A stretch of DNA of 64,000 nt from Lingula anatina (Eukaryota > Animalia > Brachiopoda), in assembly GCA_051362555.1 (NCBI GenBank), contig CM120648.1:12396587-12460586 (forward strand), given 5' to 3'. This document shows positions 13,774-26,990 of this stretch, piece by piece (positions within the stretch are counted from its first letter, which is position 1; each line of letters begins with the position of its first letter). The position numbers and the translations under genes are program-made. The notes beneath the pieces were generated by a model. It saw only the letters and a list, made by a program, of their open reading frames with translations, did no database searches and was not told the origin of the DNA.

Positions 13774-14293
13774 GTGAGTATGGACGGTGATTTTTTAAAA
13801 GAAAATTGATTATTTTAATTATTGTGGACTTTTACTAATTCTTAATTTTTTAAGTTCATTTAAAATATATATACTGCATTTAATTATACATTTTATTGTA
13901 TGTTAAGTTATTTATGTAATGGAATTTATTTCAATTTTATATTTGGTCAATTACAAATAAATTTTTATAACTACTGGGCATTTTTTATGGTACTGTAGTT
14001 TATTAGGGATTTTAACACAAATATATTCCAATAAAACAAGATCAATCTTCAACGTTTTAGCTGATATTTTAGGGACCATTCCCACAGATATTTGGATCGA
14101 TCTATCTCCCTGGAGAATCTCACTAAATTGCTATCAACTTAAACTGCTTAAATATCTGTCACACCTAGTAAAGCTGTTAAGGGGTAATTATCTATACCCC
14201 TGAGCTGATTTGGTATTGGTATTGGTACTATACTCCATCACTGTCTGTGATGGATGACAGCTTATTGGTGGATACTGTGCTCACTGTGCTCCA

Positions 14294-14324
<31 letters not shown>

Positions 14325-14446
14325 TTACACTGTAATATATTTTTGTTTACATTCAATCATTTTAATTTGATGACTTTTTCCTCATCTCCCTTTACTGTGC
14401 CCCCTTTCTGATAATAAGCAATTGTTTCTATGTTACAATACAACAG

Positions 14447-14553
14447 GGCACATAGATGTTAATGAGAATGTCCAACTTCTGGTCACAGTCCATTCCAGTG
14501 CCTGTTTGTTCTGGGATGAGCAGAAAGAAATCTGGAGTAGTGAAGGTTGTAAG
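14447..14553 (+). CDS. Polycystin-1-like exon, first half of the GPS motif
   Basis: caacag|GG...TGT AAG|gtagt; SACLFWDEQKEIWSSEGCK matches the C-x-F-W...W-x-x-x-G-C GPS signature. Confidence 0.9.
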
Positions 14554-14743
14554 GTAGTCAGCTTTTTTGTTTAAATATAGATGAATTGATAGAATAATAA
14601 ATAGATAAATAAATATGAAAACACCAGGGATTTCACCTAATACTCTTTCCAATTTTTGCTACCAAGTCTCTTATAGAAGATGTCTTCTCCAAACACAATC
14701 CAACAATATCTCACCTAACACATTTCCCACTTTCTGTATCCAG

Positions 14744-14974
14744 GTTTCTCCCCTCAGCACAGCTGTTACTTTACACTGTATCTGTCATCACATGACTGTG
14801 TTTTCTGGCAGTTTCTTTATTCTGCCTAATGCTATTGACATTGTGGCAGACTCTGCTCTGTTCTTGACTTTACTGGAGAACCCACTGGTGGTGAGCATTG
14901 TGCTGTGTGTATGGGGCATCTACCTGGCAGTTGTTATCTGGGCACGCAAGAAGGACAGGGAAGACCTTCTTAAG
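14744..14974 (+). CDS. Polycystin-1-like exon, GPS cleavage site and TM1
   Basis: atccag|GTT...CTT AAG|gtgaa; HCICHHMTVF...PNAID...ENPLVVSIVLCVWGIYLAVVIWARKKD. Confidence 0.93.
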
Positions 14975-15315
14975 GTGAATGTTCCTCTGATTTTGATATA
15001 CAAAATTGCTTGGGGATTGTGAGGGGATTTTATTTCAGTTTACCATGACTTTAGTGGGTCTCAGGGGGGTCCCTATTTGATTCCTTCTTGGCTGTGTAAT
15101 ATGTAGTTCAAAAAGTGAATGCACTCCACCCTACCCCGATGCAGTAGAAAAACAGCTGATGTTGAATATATTTATTTTGGTATTTATGCAACCAAATAAA
15201 ATTTAATATGAGCATTATCTATATCAGTAATCAAAAAATTAAAGCAAAGCTTCCAGTTGCTCACATTTTGATGCTTTCAAATATTTTCAAGTAGATTAAG
15301 AAAATAGACCCAGCA

Positions 15316-15491
15316 CAGGGGTGGATCCAGAGATATTCTGACAATCTTCCAAATTATCTTTGTTGATCCATCCTCCATTTTTGACCGTCTTCCGACAAAA
15401 AAAATTAGATACCCGTCAATGTTAACTTAAAAATGTGACCGTCTTCCAGAAGACCCAGAAGATGGCCTAAATCTGCCTAAATCCGCCCCTG
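15316..15491. mobile_element. MITE; inverted relatives at ~12797-12965 and ~20518-20684
   Basis: TIR caggggtggat / atccgcccctg; flanks cagca / cagta. Confidence 0.7.
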
Positions 15492-15593
15492 CAGTATTCT
15501 GCACACTACAATTTTAGCTTAAATCCATTGCAAGATTTTTAGCTTCACTGTTGCTAATGACATTAATAGTAACAATTCTTTTCATGTCTCCAG

Positions 15594-15714
15594 GCTGGAG
15601 TGACAGTGTTAGAAGACAATGATCCAGAGAATAAGTATGGCTACCTTGTGACAGTTATCACTGGCTGGAGGACAGGGGCAGGGACCACAGCTAATGTGGG
15701 CTGTTTTATTAAAG
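15594..15714 (+). CDS. Polycystin-1-like exon, start of the PLAT/LH2 domain
   Basis: ctccag|GCT...AAA G|gtgaa; LEDNDP...YLVTVITGWRTGAGTTANV. Confidence 0.92.
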
Positions 15715-15836
15715 GTGAATTTGAAGGTTGCACTAGAAAAAAAAAGTGGTGAAAATGAATTACAAACCAATTCAAACTCTAATTTTACAGTAACAAACTT
15801 GTCGCTTGTTTTCAATTTTTATTTTCCATTTCAAAG

Positions 15837-16339
15837 GTGAAAATGGTGAAAGTGACCGTCATGTTCTGAGTGACCCCAGGCGTCCAGTATTTGAGAGTGG
15901 TGGCGTGGACAGTTTCCTACTGACCTGTGCCCAGTGCCTGGGTGACCTCCTCTCTATCACCATCTGGCACGACAACTCTGGAGCTGCTCCTGCCTGGTTT
16001 CTGGAGAAATTGATGGTCAGGGACTTGCAGAGAAATGAGGTCTGTGAGTTCTTGTGTAACCGCTGGCTTGCTCTGGACCTGGATGACTTCTGCATCCAGC
16101 GCACCCTGCGCCCTGCCTCAGTGGAGGAGATGAAGGAGTTCTCGTACCTGTTCTCCAGTAACAGTGGCTTCAGCATGAGGGAGAAACATCTGTGGGTCAG
16201 TGTGTTCTCTTGTCCACCAAACTGTCCCTTCACAAGGACACAGAGACTGACCTGTGCTCTGACTCTTCTACTGACCACCATGCTGACCAATATCATGTTT
16301 TATGGCATCCCAACTGATGACCCAGAAGATCAGTACCAA
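15837..16339 (+). CDS. Polycystin-1-like exon, PLAT domain and TM2
   Basis: GENGES...FESGGVDSFL...IWHDNSG..PAWFL...FLCNRWLA...HLWVSVF...FTRTQRLTC; AG/GT boundaries in phase. Confidence 0.95.
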
Positions 16340-16619
16340 GTAAGATTATTTGATTAATCTTTTTACTCAGCATATATCTATTTATTTATTTATTTAAGGT
16401 GGTTTGTTTGTTTGTTTGTTCATATATTGTACCGAAAAATTTTTTTTTTTCGTTGTTGCAGCTGCTTTAGAAAATGTTTGCTTAAAATGTTTGATTGGTA
16501 GTGACATTGTATTAAGTTTGATATTTATTGTAAAGACATTTATTATTGGTTTAGGAAATTTCATTTCTTCTATCCAGAGTATGATTTTAAGAATTTATGT
16601 AAAGGAAATTCAATTCCAG

Positions 16620-17240
16620 GTAGCAGATTTCCAGTTTTCTCTATCTGACATAATAATTGGTATTGAGAGTGGGCTGCTGATGTTCCCAGTGAACCTGGTC
16701 ATAGTGCAGCTATTCAGAATGTGTGCTCCAAGACCTGTTAGTACACATAAGGAAGACGTCATGCCCCCAACTTCCATGGAACAAAGAGATTCAGCTCAGA
16801 TGTCAGTGCTAGGAGCAGATGTTAACCATTCACGGAGCAGAAATAGCAGAAGGGTCTCAGGGAATTTGATTGGTGATGGTGATGTAGATAAAGTACCAAA
16901 TGCAACCTCTAACAGTGCAAATAAAAGAAGTTTGAATACTGATGACCAGGCTGTTACAGATAGAAACATTGCACTCTTTATTGAAAATGAAAGTGAGAAC
17001 AATTCCTGGCCTTACACTTTGGGTGTGGCCGTCCTTGCTGGAGGAGAAGTGACGGGTCAGGTGTCCACTGACCAGTCTCTGGACATGGGTGGACATTTTA
17101 CCAGGGGTAAGAAAGAAAGCCAGACTGTGGAGAACAGCGCTGGTGGATCAGGTGCTGGTGTCAGGCCATCTGACCTTAATTTCACCCTTGAGCTTGACTT
17201 ACTTCATGGAGAAAGCCCTGACATACCATTGATACATATG
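16620..17240 (+). CDS. Polycystin-1-like exon, TM3 and long low-complexity cytoplasmic loop
   Basis: ttccag|GTA...CAT ATG|gtagg; IIIGIESGLLMFPVNLVIVQLFR; the 3' boundary is less certain. Confidence 0.8.
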
Positions 17241-17419
17241 GTAGGTGCAATGCTCAGAGTGAAAGAAAATTTTCGAAAGTTGCAGAATTTTTCAATTCCC
17301 CCCCCCCCCCCCTGTCACTTCCATCTGTTTCATGTCTCCTACTTATTTTGTCATATAGTATAGGTAATTTGAAGTGCTGTAAGTTAGTATACTTAGTCTA
17401 TATAGAACATGGTTAAACA

Positions 17420-20400
17420 TTTTTATGTACAGACACAGATGTGTCTGTACATATAGTTGTCACCTGCATTTGTCGTCGTCACAGTCGTTGTCGCTGGGAA
17501 CTTTCACCGATAACATGATAAGTGGAAAACTATATTTTACCTTTTGGCTTGAAACTTACAGAACTGATGAATATTTATAATTCACGGGTTAAGTTTGAAA
17601 ATCAGCTTGATTGGACTATTTTTACAAAAGTTATACCTTTTTTTCTGCCTTTTTTTGTATATAAGTGGTTTTTCTTCAGATTTAATTATTAGGCACGTTA
17701 TCAGTCTCATTATATAACTAATTAGATTTTTAAAAGTGTTGTTTTGATATTTTCTGCTTCTTAACAATATTGTTAGTTGATTATATAAAAATGACGGTAA
17801 ACCTGTTATCGTGTATTGTGTAAAAAAGTGTCAAAAATGGAAATGAACTATTATTGCAGAGATTTTAACTGACGGAGCCCTCTCTGACATTGCATAGTCA
17901 CACGATATCGAGTGATATTTTTCTGGTGACCTACTTAAAACCGCGGGAAAAGCAGACAACAACAACACTATATAACAATAATATAAAATTCATCAGATAA
18001 ATGCGTCTTATTGCTCAAAATGCATTTATATCTACAATGTGTGCAATTCTGGGCTTTTCGTTATCCGACGCACTGTACAAAAAATCGCAACTTACGTCTG
18101 CGGATTGCATCATGTGTATGGCTCCAAATGTTATTTTAGTCTCGAATGAATGCGAGAATCCGCGTGACACCCCAACGTCATTGGCAATGGATGCCTTGAC
18201 GACTGGGAAGAAATTCATCAAAAGCCCTATTGACAAGCACAGATTTTAGTTTTACTGCAATAACAGCCGTTTTAGTGGTAAAATGCAATAGAATATATTT
18301 CCATGCATTGTTTACAGTGTATTTCTTTAGGAATTTTGAATCTAAAAGGAAGAGTTATTATTGCTTTAAAGCCATAATACTTTTATTTTATTATTAAAAA
18401 ATTGATGGTCATTGTGCTGTTAATCATTGTGTAATATTGCATCAAAATTGAAGAAAACCCTATTTTGGGCACTGCCTCCATAGTGACTGTTAAAGGAAAA
18501 CCATGTCACTTATTCTCTCTTACACTTACAGGATATAAACATAAGACTGAAATACAGCTTCAGTTGGAAAATTAGTCTTATTAGTTAATTTTCTGGAAGT
18601 TAGGGTAATTCTTCGATCTTTATAATGATGCAATCTTTGATGAATTACAACTTTTGCACTTTTCTAATTTCAAAAAATTTTCTTAGAAGATTGTTAAAAA
18701 ATGTGATGCCGGTTCAACTGTAGCAGTCGGCAATAAGAATCTTCGCGCTGATATTGTGAATTAGATGTTATTGAGAGTCGTGCAAATATGTGTACATGAA
18801 CAAAGGCTACCTCTTCTGATGCGTGCGGGATTTGTGAAAGCTAATTAATTAACTACCCAATTAAGTGGTGAGTACGTGTCACGTAATTAGTGTCCTTCTT
18901 GAAAGGACATCTTGCGACTCGGAAGGCAGACTTGCGCCTTTCCATTGCAACCTTTCCTCTACCTCTACGAACTCCAAAGCCTCCGCTGTACCCATAATTT
19001 GTAGGGGACGTACGGTCCTGAAATTACAGTCTTAAATTACGCTTGCCACGGCGCTGTATGATGAAATCGTATATGATTTGTGATTTCTTGACATCGAGAA
19101 TGTTTACGGACTACGGCAAGTACATGCATGTGTCATGTTCTTTCTCTGACATGACGGTAAGGTAGCAAAAATGTGCTTTGTCAGTTTGAAATTGTTCATA
19201 CAGAGCCCTCTCAGCACAGTTGTGTGGCCTCCTTAAAGTTCGAGATGTGTTCTGGAAGCCCCCTACATTTTGGCACCCACGTGGTCAACAAACAGAAACA
19301 CAATATAAAAACCATACATGTGAATTTGTAAAAATCAGATGTAAAAATCTTCACTATTGTTTCGCACGAAAAGGGATATACAGGTATTATGCGTGCACCG
19401 CACAGACATCGCTAGGTAAGTGTAACAACACATACAAGAAACTTGGATTTTGATTCGCTATTTTCGATGCAACGGGTCACTGGACGATGTCGCATTTTGA
19501 TATAATCGATGAAAATCGAATTTCCGTCGGGACAATTATTTTTTTCTCCATCGAAAAGATCGAAGAATTACCATGTACAGTTTTTGTGAAATTTTAATTT
19601 TTCACTTAACAACATTTTCAATGTGTGACTTTGAACTTCCATTGGCTTGAAGGCCTTTCAAGTCACATTTTCTGAATATCCATTATACTTTTATATTACC
19701 ATTAAAAATTGATTATCATTTTACTGTTAAGCTTTATGTGATATTGCATCAAAATTGAAGAAAACCCTATTTTGGGCACTGCTTTTACTTTTATCAGAAT
19801 TACCTGTTGTGCATAATTGAACTTTGATGTTGACTGTGCAGTTAAGCATAATGAATTATTGCATCAGAATTAACAGTCTCCTATTTTGTGCATTATTATT
19901 TTCTGCTTTTTTATTTAAGGTGCGACTTGTGGACCTGAAAACCTTTGCTAGTCACATTTTGGTGGTCAGTCTGTAATTTTTCCCTTGGGTAATCACTAGC
20001 TAAGTTCAGAGGTATAAAGTCACTTGCCTAATTAAATTAAAGTTGCCATTAAATGAGATTACATAAAACACACTTGTTGATATTTCCCTGTAAACTCCCA
20101 TAGGTTAAGATCTCTGCCAGATAATAGTGATAGGAAGCAGTGATAATTATGCAGGTAAATGTTGTTTAATATTGCATATAAGTTTTCAAAAAAATATTAT
20201 TTTGTGTAATGCCAACATTAATGCTATATCATGTTAATACAGCAGGATTAAATGCTTGAATAACAGCTTTATTGGAGTTTTTTTATGTTTTCTTTTTAAT
20301 TTTTCGTTTTAAACACTGGTATTTTTAAGATGTGACTTTTAACTCCCATCCAGCTGAAGCTCTGCACATTTTCTGAATTTCCACATAAGCAGTTGTATTG

Positions 20401-20850
20401 GTATTTATGTCTTTAAATATTATGTAATACTATTTTATGCTCTGTAATCATTTTTCAAATACTGGGATTTTCATTATGTGAATTTGAACTCTCATGGTCC
20501 TGAAACTAATGTTATTGCAAGGGCAGATTGAGACCATCTTCTGGGTCTTCCGGAAGATGGTCAGATTTTAATGTTTACATTGACGAGTATTTTTTTTTTC
20601 ATTTGGAAGTCCATCAAAAGTGGAGGATGGATCAACAAAGATAACTTGGAATACTGCCAGAAAATATCTCTGGATCTGCTCCTGTTATTGAGCATGTTAG
20701 CTGTTTTGCATGATTAAAATTCTTTGTTTATTGACTGTGTTATTATAAGCATTATTTATTATTGCATCAAAATTTACAAAATGACCTATTTTCTGCATCT
20801 TTATTTTATTATTTTTTTGTCTGTACATTTGACAGCTTTGCTGCCTTATT
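17420..20850 (+). mobile_element. Second copy of the HINE-like family, with nested elements
   Basis: Same 5' palindrome and 3' end as 1884-13128; long colinear similarity to 11340-13128. Confidence 0.75.
18601..19575. mobile_element. TIR element nested in the HINE-like copy
   Basis: ggtaattcttcgatcttt / aaagatcgaagaattacc inverted termini; no clear TSD. Confidence 0.65.
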
Positions 20851-20924
20851 GTTATTATATATATATATGATAAAAAGAAATAAAGAACAGCAGTTATTTT
20901 GTATAATGTATATATATTATCTAG

Positions 20925-20983
20925 GACAATTCAAATGAAGTTTCTGTGATTACATTGGAGGAGGAAAAGAATACACCTTTCAG
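20925..20983 (+). CDS. Polycystin-1-like small exon (end of cytoplasmic loop)
   Basis: atctag|GAC...TTC AG|gtgaat; DNSNEVSVITLEEEKNTPF; supplies the phase 0 to phase 2 link needed between its neighbours. Confidence 0.7.
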
Positions 20984-21253
20984 GTGAATGAAATTTTTGT
21001 CTCGTTTTTTCTTCTTTATTTTTACAAGTGAAGTGTTACTACTGAACTTGTGAGTGTAATTTAACTTTTATCCTCTCTCTCTCTCTCTCCTATTATACAG
21101 AAAAAAGCATGCACACGCACATGCACAAAGATCTTATTCATGCTGTATAGGTACCAGGACTGAATGTTAGTCATATATATGACGGTTTTACACTACCATC
21201 CACACACCCCTGGCTGGTTTTTTTATCTTAGATGATTTTACGCTGTAGCTTTA

Positions 21254-24200
21254 TGGTAATGTGCCATGAATTTCGAACAGTAGAAAATAATTAAATTTGG
21301 GAAAAGATCGTTCTGGCCGAAATTCATGAAATGGAGGTGCTCAGAACTTCCGAAAGTTCGAATTTCATGGAATTCTGTCAATTTTGACCGGAAGTTGTCT
21401 GTTCGTCGCTAGGCCATCTGTTATCTTCTCCCGACGATCTATTTAGAGTTACCATAATGTATGATGTGTGAGTGTCGGTAATTGCGACCAAAGGTATACA
21501 CGTACTTTCACCCGATCACTGTGTATGGCCCATAGATAGAGCCGTACTGTTGTCTAGGGCCGCAAAACAGCATCGTTATTAGTAGTGTCGTTTTTCAAAA
21601 GCGATTCTGGCAGCCAGAAACTAGTGTTGTTTTTCAAAAACGATCCTGGCACTCAGAACGGGAGTGGACGGAGGGAGAGACGGCCGACGATTAGCGTCTG
21701 CCACGGCCAGATTACCTTTACTATGGAAGCTTAGTGTTACCGTTGCTCCTTTCCGTGCACTGAAACCGAGACGACAGCCGATCAGTGTCTATGGCGCACG
21801 TGCATGTAGCCTTCATCTGCGATAAGTGTCTTCCGCGACCAGGTTCGTTGCCTTTACCGTTAAAGTCGGGCGGAGCTTTACGCGTGAATGCGTCCTCATC
21901 TCGCCGTTCGCGGGTCGGTGTCTCCGACGCATACGTAGCCTTCCCTGCAGAAGCCGGCCTCGGCACTACGGCCTCTCCTCCGTGCGGGGAGGCCACTACG
22001 ACCGCAGATCGGTATGTGCGGCGCACAGGTAGCCTTCGCCACGGCAGCCGAACTGTGTATTATGGTCTCTCTCCGTCGTGCGCTGCGACCAAGATGACCG
22101 CTGATTGTTGTCTGCGATCAAATATACTAGGTTGGGGGGGGGGGTGCAGGGCCGTTTTTTTTTTTTTTTTCGCTCAGGCAACCCAATCTTGACCAGCAGC
22201 AGCAACTGATTTCCTGGCGCATAGTTGCGTCAATGTACGCATTTGAAAAGCGTGTACGTTTTGTCATTGAAACCATCTTCAAACAAACGCGAGAGATAGG
22301 TAATCTAGAGTAAACCGAAAAGGCAGTTTTTATATTCGTTCAAGGGACTGGAAGATCGTCAATGGGAGATAGTGAGCGATCTGAGCGCGACAATAGGCCA
22401 ATTTCCACACTAGTTCAAGGGACTTCGTTACTATATTCGTCAGCAAGAGATCGTCAGCGATCCGAGCAAGCATAGAAGCTTGGACTTTTTGTCCATGCTA
22501 GAAGGCAATTTTCATGTAGTCAGCAGGATTGGCCTATGGTTTGCTGGTTTGCGACTGGGGCGTGACCAGGCATATGCACGGACACTGTGCGTATATAATT
22601 TTTTGGCCAACCATGATATTATTCTCTATAAAATTAGTGTACTTTTCAAGGAATATTATCGAAAATCCCCTTCGATTATAAGTTTACGTCACCTGAATGT
22701 ACAAATTCTCTGTATAATTTATATATGCACCATTGTTCTGACACCCTTCTCGTTTGCTTTCACAGAACTGAGGTAAACAATACTAGTTACCATCTGAAGT
22801 CCGATCTTTATCGTCCATCTAGCTGGAACTTGCTTTACCTCTTATGTAGAGGGTAAAGTGTCCTTCAGCTCACAGGTAGCTTTTGTCTTGAGTGTATCGA
22901 ACGCGATATTTATCTCAGATAAAAATCTACCTGTGTGTTATTTTCAAAGAGCTGCTCCAGCAGACCTGGGGGCACTAGATAAATCTGATCATCGGGCTAA
23001 ACAAGGAGCCAGAGAAACAAAGGAAGATTGATTTTTCCTACAAAGCTTCAAAGAATTTTGACACAGACTTGATCCAGCTTAACCCTCCAAACTAACGGGG
23101 TGGCATGGGCAATTTTTACAAAATTTACAAACAATTAAACTTAGATATATTACAATTTCATCCTTTAATATAATTTTGGGAGGCATGCACCCGCATGTAA
23201 GCTGGGTGATGTCAGTAAGCCCCTAGTTAAATAAATATACCCTTATGAGCAAGGCTTTTCCCAGCGAACCGTCCAGCCGCCATTTGGATGGCCGCTGTCA
23301 TCACCGGACGGCCTATGTTTTCAAAAACGGCTAGACGGCTTACGACTTTTTTTTAATGACGTCTTGGCTTGTCGGGACAGCCGTGGACGTTGAAAGAAAT
23401 TTTCTTAGAGTAATTTGACGTACCTAGCTTTTATGATGCGTCACAGATGAATGGTACTACTTTGTAGTGTACGCTGATATTCAGTCACGACGAAACTACT
23501 TCCTAAAGCTTACAAAACACAATAAAATGTTTCTATGAACTTTAAGATACACATTCCACGCCGTATGCAGCAGTGACAAGAGTGACCTTCATGCGGTACA
23601 ACACACTAAGCAAACTACAGGCAAATTTGTGAAAGGGGACACCTTCCGGACCTTCATACGCACGGCAACTGACAAAGCTGATTGACAAAAAGGAAAATTT
23701 CAAATTTTCAGCGAGAGATCGTTCGCAATCCGAGAGAGACCAGGAGGCAATTTTCATATTTGTTAAAGAGACTTCGTAAGCCAAAGGGCGAGACGAGAAC
23801 GCAATTTTCGTATCATCAGCGTCGCAAACCGAGTGAAACGAGTGAAACGAGAAAGCTCATACTCGTTCAGTTTGCGGAAGATCGTCAGCCGGAGATCGTT
23901 CTCGATTGTTTTTAACCCTCCATCCCTGCCCATTGGAATTTATAATTTTTAAAAGTATTTTTCATTTCATGTGTACATTTCAAGGGACTTCATTAGCGGA
24001 AGATCGTCAGCGGGAGATCGTGAACGATCTGAGCGAGACAAGAAAGCAATAATGGTAATCTTTATTGCAGCTCTTAATATTGCTCTTTTGTTCTGTTACT
24101 GAAGTCTCTACTGTTAACAATGCTATTGTGCGCTTCAGCAGTACTACTGATCACTATCTCACACCGATTACTGCGGTAAAGAAACAACAGCCCGACAGTA

Positions 24201-24533
24201 CAACTCTTAATAGATTCTCCTGTTATCTGAATGAATGGATATGACGATGTCGTTTAGCGTCCTAAACTAACTGTACCAATCGTTATCTTGCACCTTGGGC
24301 TGCACATGTAGTACTCAGGTAAAAGGTACGCTAGGGCAACATTGCCGACTGTTAGATCTTTATAAGCGCGAGAATAGCCCGGTGGCCGATTTTAAGGTGT
24401 ACGAAATTCATGAAATGAAGATCGCGTAAAATTGCTTACTGGCCGAAATTCATGGTCCAGAAATAACTCCAGACGGCCGATTTTAAGATCGTTCGAAATT
24501 CAAGAGCCGTTCGAAATTCATGGCACTTTACCG
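21254..24533. mobile_element. TA-TSD DNA transposon (Tc1/mariner-pogo-like), no intact transposase
   Basis: TA|tggtaatgtgccatgaatttcgaac ... gttcgaaattcatggcactttaccg|TA; subterminal gaaattcatg repeats. Confidence 0.8.
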
Positions 24534-24618
24534 TACTTTGTCTTCAGACTTCCATGGTGGTGTATCTACATAGCCTGGGTGGTGGCTGTGATAACTTGTA
24601 GCTTTACTTTGTCTTTAG

Positions 24619-24793
24619 ACTACCATGGTGGTGTATCTACATAGCCTGGGTGGTGGCAGTGTCAACCTGTCTGGTCTGTTCTTACTACACCATGTTGTAC
24701 GGACTCAAGTATGGACACAAGAAAAGTGTGCAGTGGGTGGTTGCCTTCTTTACAGGGTTCTTCCAAAGTGTGTGCATTACACAGCCAATTAAG
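24619..24793 (+). CDS. Polycystin-1-like exon, TM4 and TM5
   Basis: ctttag|A CTA CCA TGG TGG...ATT AAG|gtgagt; LPWWCIYIAW...YTMLYGLKYG.KKS..W...FFQSV.ITQPIK. Confidence 0.93.
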
Positions 24794-24898
24794 GTGAGTA
24801 GCAGCAAAAAGGAGTCCATTTTAGAAGGGTGGTTCCTCAAAAGAAGTTTTGACTAGTATTTTGTAATATACACTTGAGATTCTTTTATATAATAACTA

Positions 24899-25382
24899 CC
24901 CAGCAGGCATAGTTGCGTTGGATCAACGTTGAAAACAGGTTGATACGTTGAATTGCCGTTGATCTACCTAAATTAAACGTAGTATCAACGTTGATCCAGC
25001 CACGTCGAATCACCGTCATAATGTGATGTTGACTTAACGTTGTATTTTGGTCAATGACACAACCTTGCAGTTATGGATTGTAAATTAAAATATTAATTAT
25101 TGAAAACCTGCTACTTTGTTTATCAATAGTGTAACTAAATTTATCAAAATAATAACAAAATGGTTTTAAAGTAAAAGTGACAGTTGTTTTGTGTCTTTAG
25201 TGAACTAGTGAATTTTCTTAACTTGTTATTCGGAAATACATTCCAATAAACTGAACTCCTTGCAAGGTCAGCTAACACTAGGATGAAGAAGTTGCTGTAA
25301 ATGTTATGTAGTGAATTAATAAAGTTAACAGTTCTTGGTAACCTGTTATACATAGACAAGTTGAGGTGACTGTGACCTTGTT

Positions 25383-25413
<31 letters not shown>

Positions 25414-25656
25414 AATCTTAACTTTGGAAATTTTAACTTTAAGGCCATACTTTTATACCTTACCCTCATTTCAATGTCTTTTCATGCAAGAATGTTGTCT
25501 AACAATTGGGGATGATACAATGTTGATATCTGACGTTGATACAACGTTGTTATCTGAGGTTGAGTCAACTTTCAAATCCAATGTTTATCCAACGTCTTAC
25601 CAACGTTATGGTTCAACGTTGTTTCAACATTAAAACAACATATTTTGCCCGCTTGG
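24899..25656. mobile_element. CMC/EnSpm-like non-autonomous element
   Basis: TA|cccagcaggca ... tgcccgcttgg|TA; many subterminal caacgttg motifs. Confidence 0.65.
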
Positions 25657-26859
25657 TATAGGCTTTTCTTTTTAGTATTTTTTAGTTTAAAAATGTGTAG
25701 ACCATTTTGATTTAGGATAAACTAGCAGTAGGACTCTTCATTAAAAGAAATAAATTGCTTTTTATTTATTTATTTATTTATTTATTTATTTGAAATTCAA
25801 ATTAACTTTTGGTATTGAGTTTTGTTGTGAAACAGGTCACTTGTTTACATTGATTACCTTTGTATAAGTTTATATAAGTGTTAAATGTAGGCAGTTAAAA
25901 CTACCCTGAATGTCAGGGCCACTGTGAAGCTAGCTTGTTAACTATTCAATACCTTTACTGAGGCCCAGAGAACCAGTGACAATTTTGAGTATCTGTCAGT
26001 CAAAAAGAACTGTTCCGCAGTGAATCTGCAGTTGAATGTCTTTAGTCCAAAATGAACTATAAAACAGATTTAATTTAGCTTTATTTAATTTTATTTTCTG
26101 TATACAAGATGTAAATGAAAAAATATATATTTTTTTTTTTTTAAGAGAAAGAGATATACCACATGTTTTTGTATTTTTTGCTTATCAAAAAACATTTGCT
26201 CCTGGAGATGTAAACACAATACACGTGCTTGCCATGTGCCAAGTTTGACAGCTACATTGTATGTCCGATACCACTATAAGGGCTGTGCAATGGCTACAAA
26301 AAAAATCAGTTTTTAAAGCAGAAATAAGCTGCTTGTGTTGTGGCACTGACCTTCGTTTGCAAGATATTCTTAGTTCAAACTTCAAACTCTGCGTCAGCCA
26401 CTTTGCTTCTTGTCTCGTCTGCGCGAGATAACATTAGCGTAAGGCAGGAAAGGCAGCTCCAGGCGTGACAGACTGTGACATATGAGACTTGTGACTTCCA
26501 AATGTGGAAATGCCCAGGCAAAATTTTGCCGAACACACCCTCCACTTGACGCTAGTCTCTAGAGTCAGTTTTGCTGATATGGGTTATATATGACATGAAA
26601 CCTAGGGTAATTAAAATGGGATTTGCAAATATATCTTTGTTATCTTGTTAACAGACAAAATCAAAAGTGTAAGAGGAAAAATTTTTTAAAAAATGCATTT
26701 ATACCAATACAATGACAATGTAAGCTGTAAAATATAGAATGGAATATGGTATATTAAATTAGTAGCTTGATTTGGGTATCAATTAATTACAATAGTCGGT
26801 ACCTAATTAAACAACTTCTACTCATATTGAGAGAAATGATTTACTGCATGTTACTGTAC

Positions 26860-26893
<34 letters not shown>

Positions 26894-26990
26894 TAATAAT
26901 AATATCTATTTAAGAACATAAAATTGCCATGGTACTGTTTTCTTATTTATTTAATTATTTTGCCTGTCTTATCTAAAATTCTGCATTCAG

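Noticed and set aside
14088-14183. Possible extra exon after cccacag
   Set aside because: The flanking exons already join in phase, and there is no family motif.
15711-15842. 9 bp direct repeat aaaggtgaa at both ends of a 122 bp intron, suggesting recent intron gain
   Set aside because: It is largely explained by the AG|GT splice consensus plus A-richness; one case is not persuasive.
15859-16296. Antisense ORFs over exons and TE genes (also 33665-33967, 36699-36983, 49572-49898)
   Set aside because: They are shadow frames of real coding sequence on the opposite strand.
21721-22205. GC-rich overlapping ORFs as a captured or horizontally transferred gene
   Set aside because: No recognisable domain; they lie inside a TIR element, and open frames are expected at this GC content.
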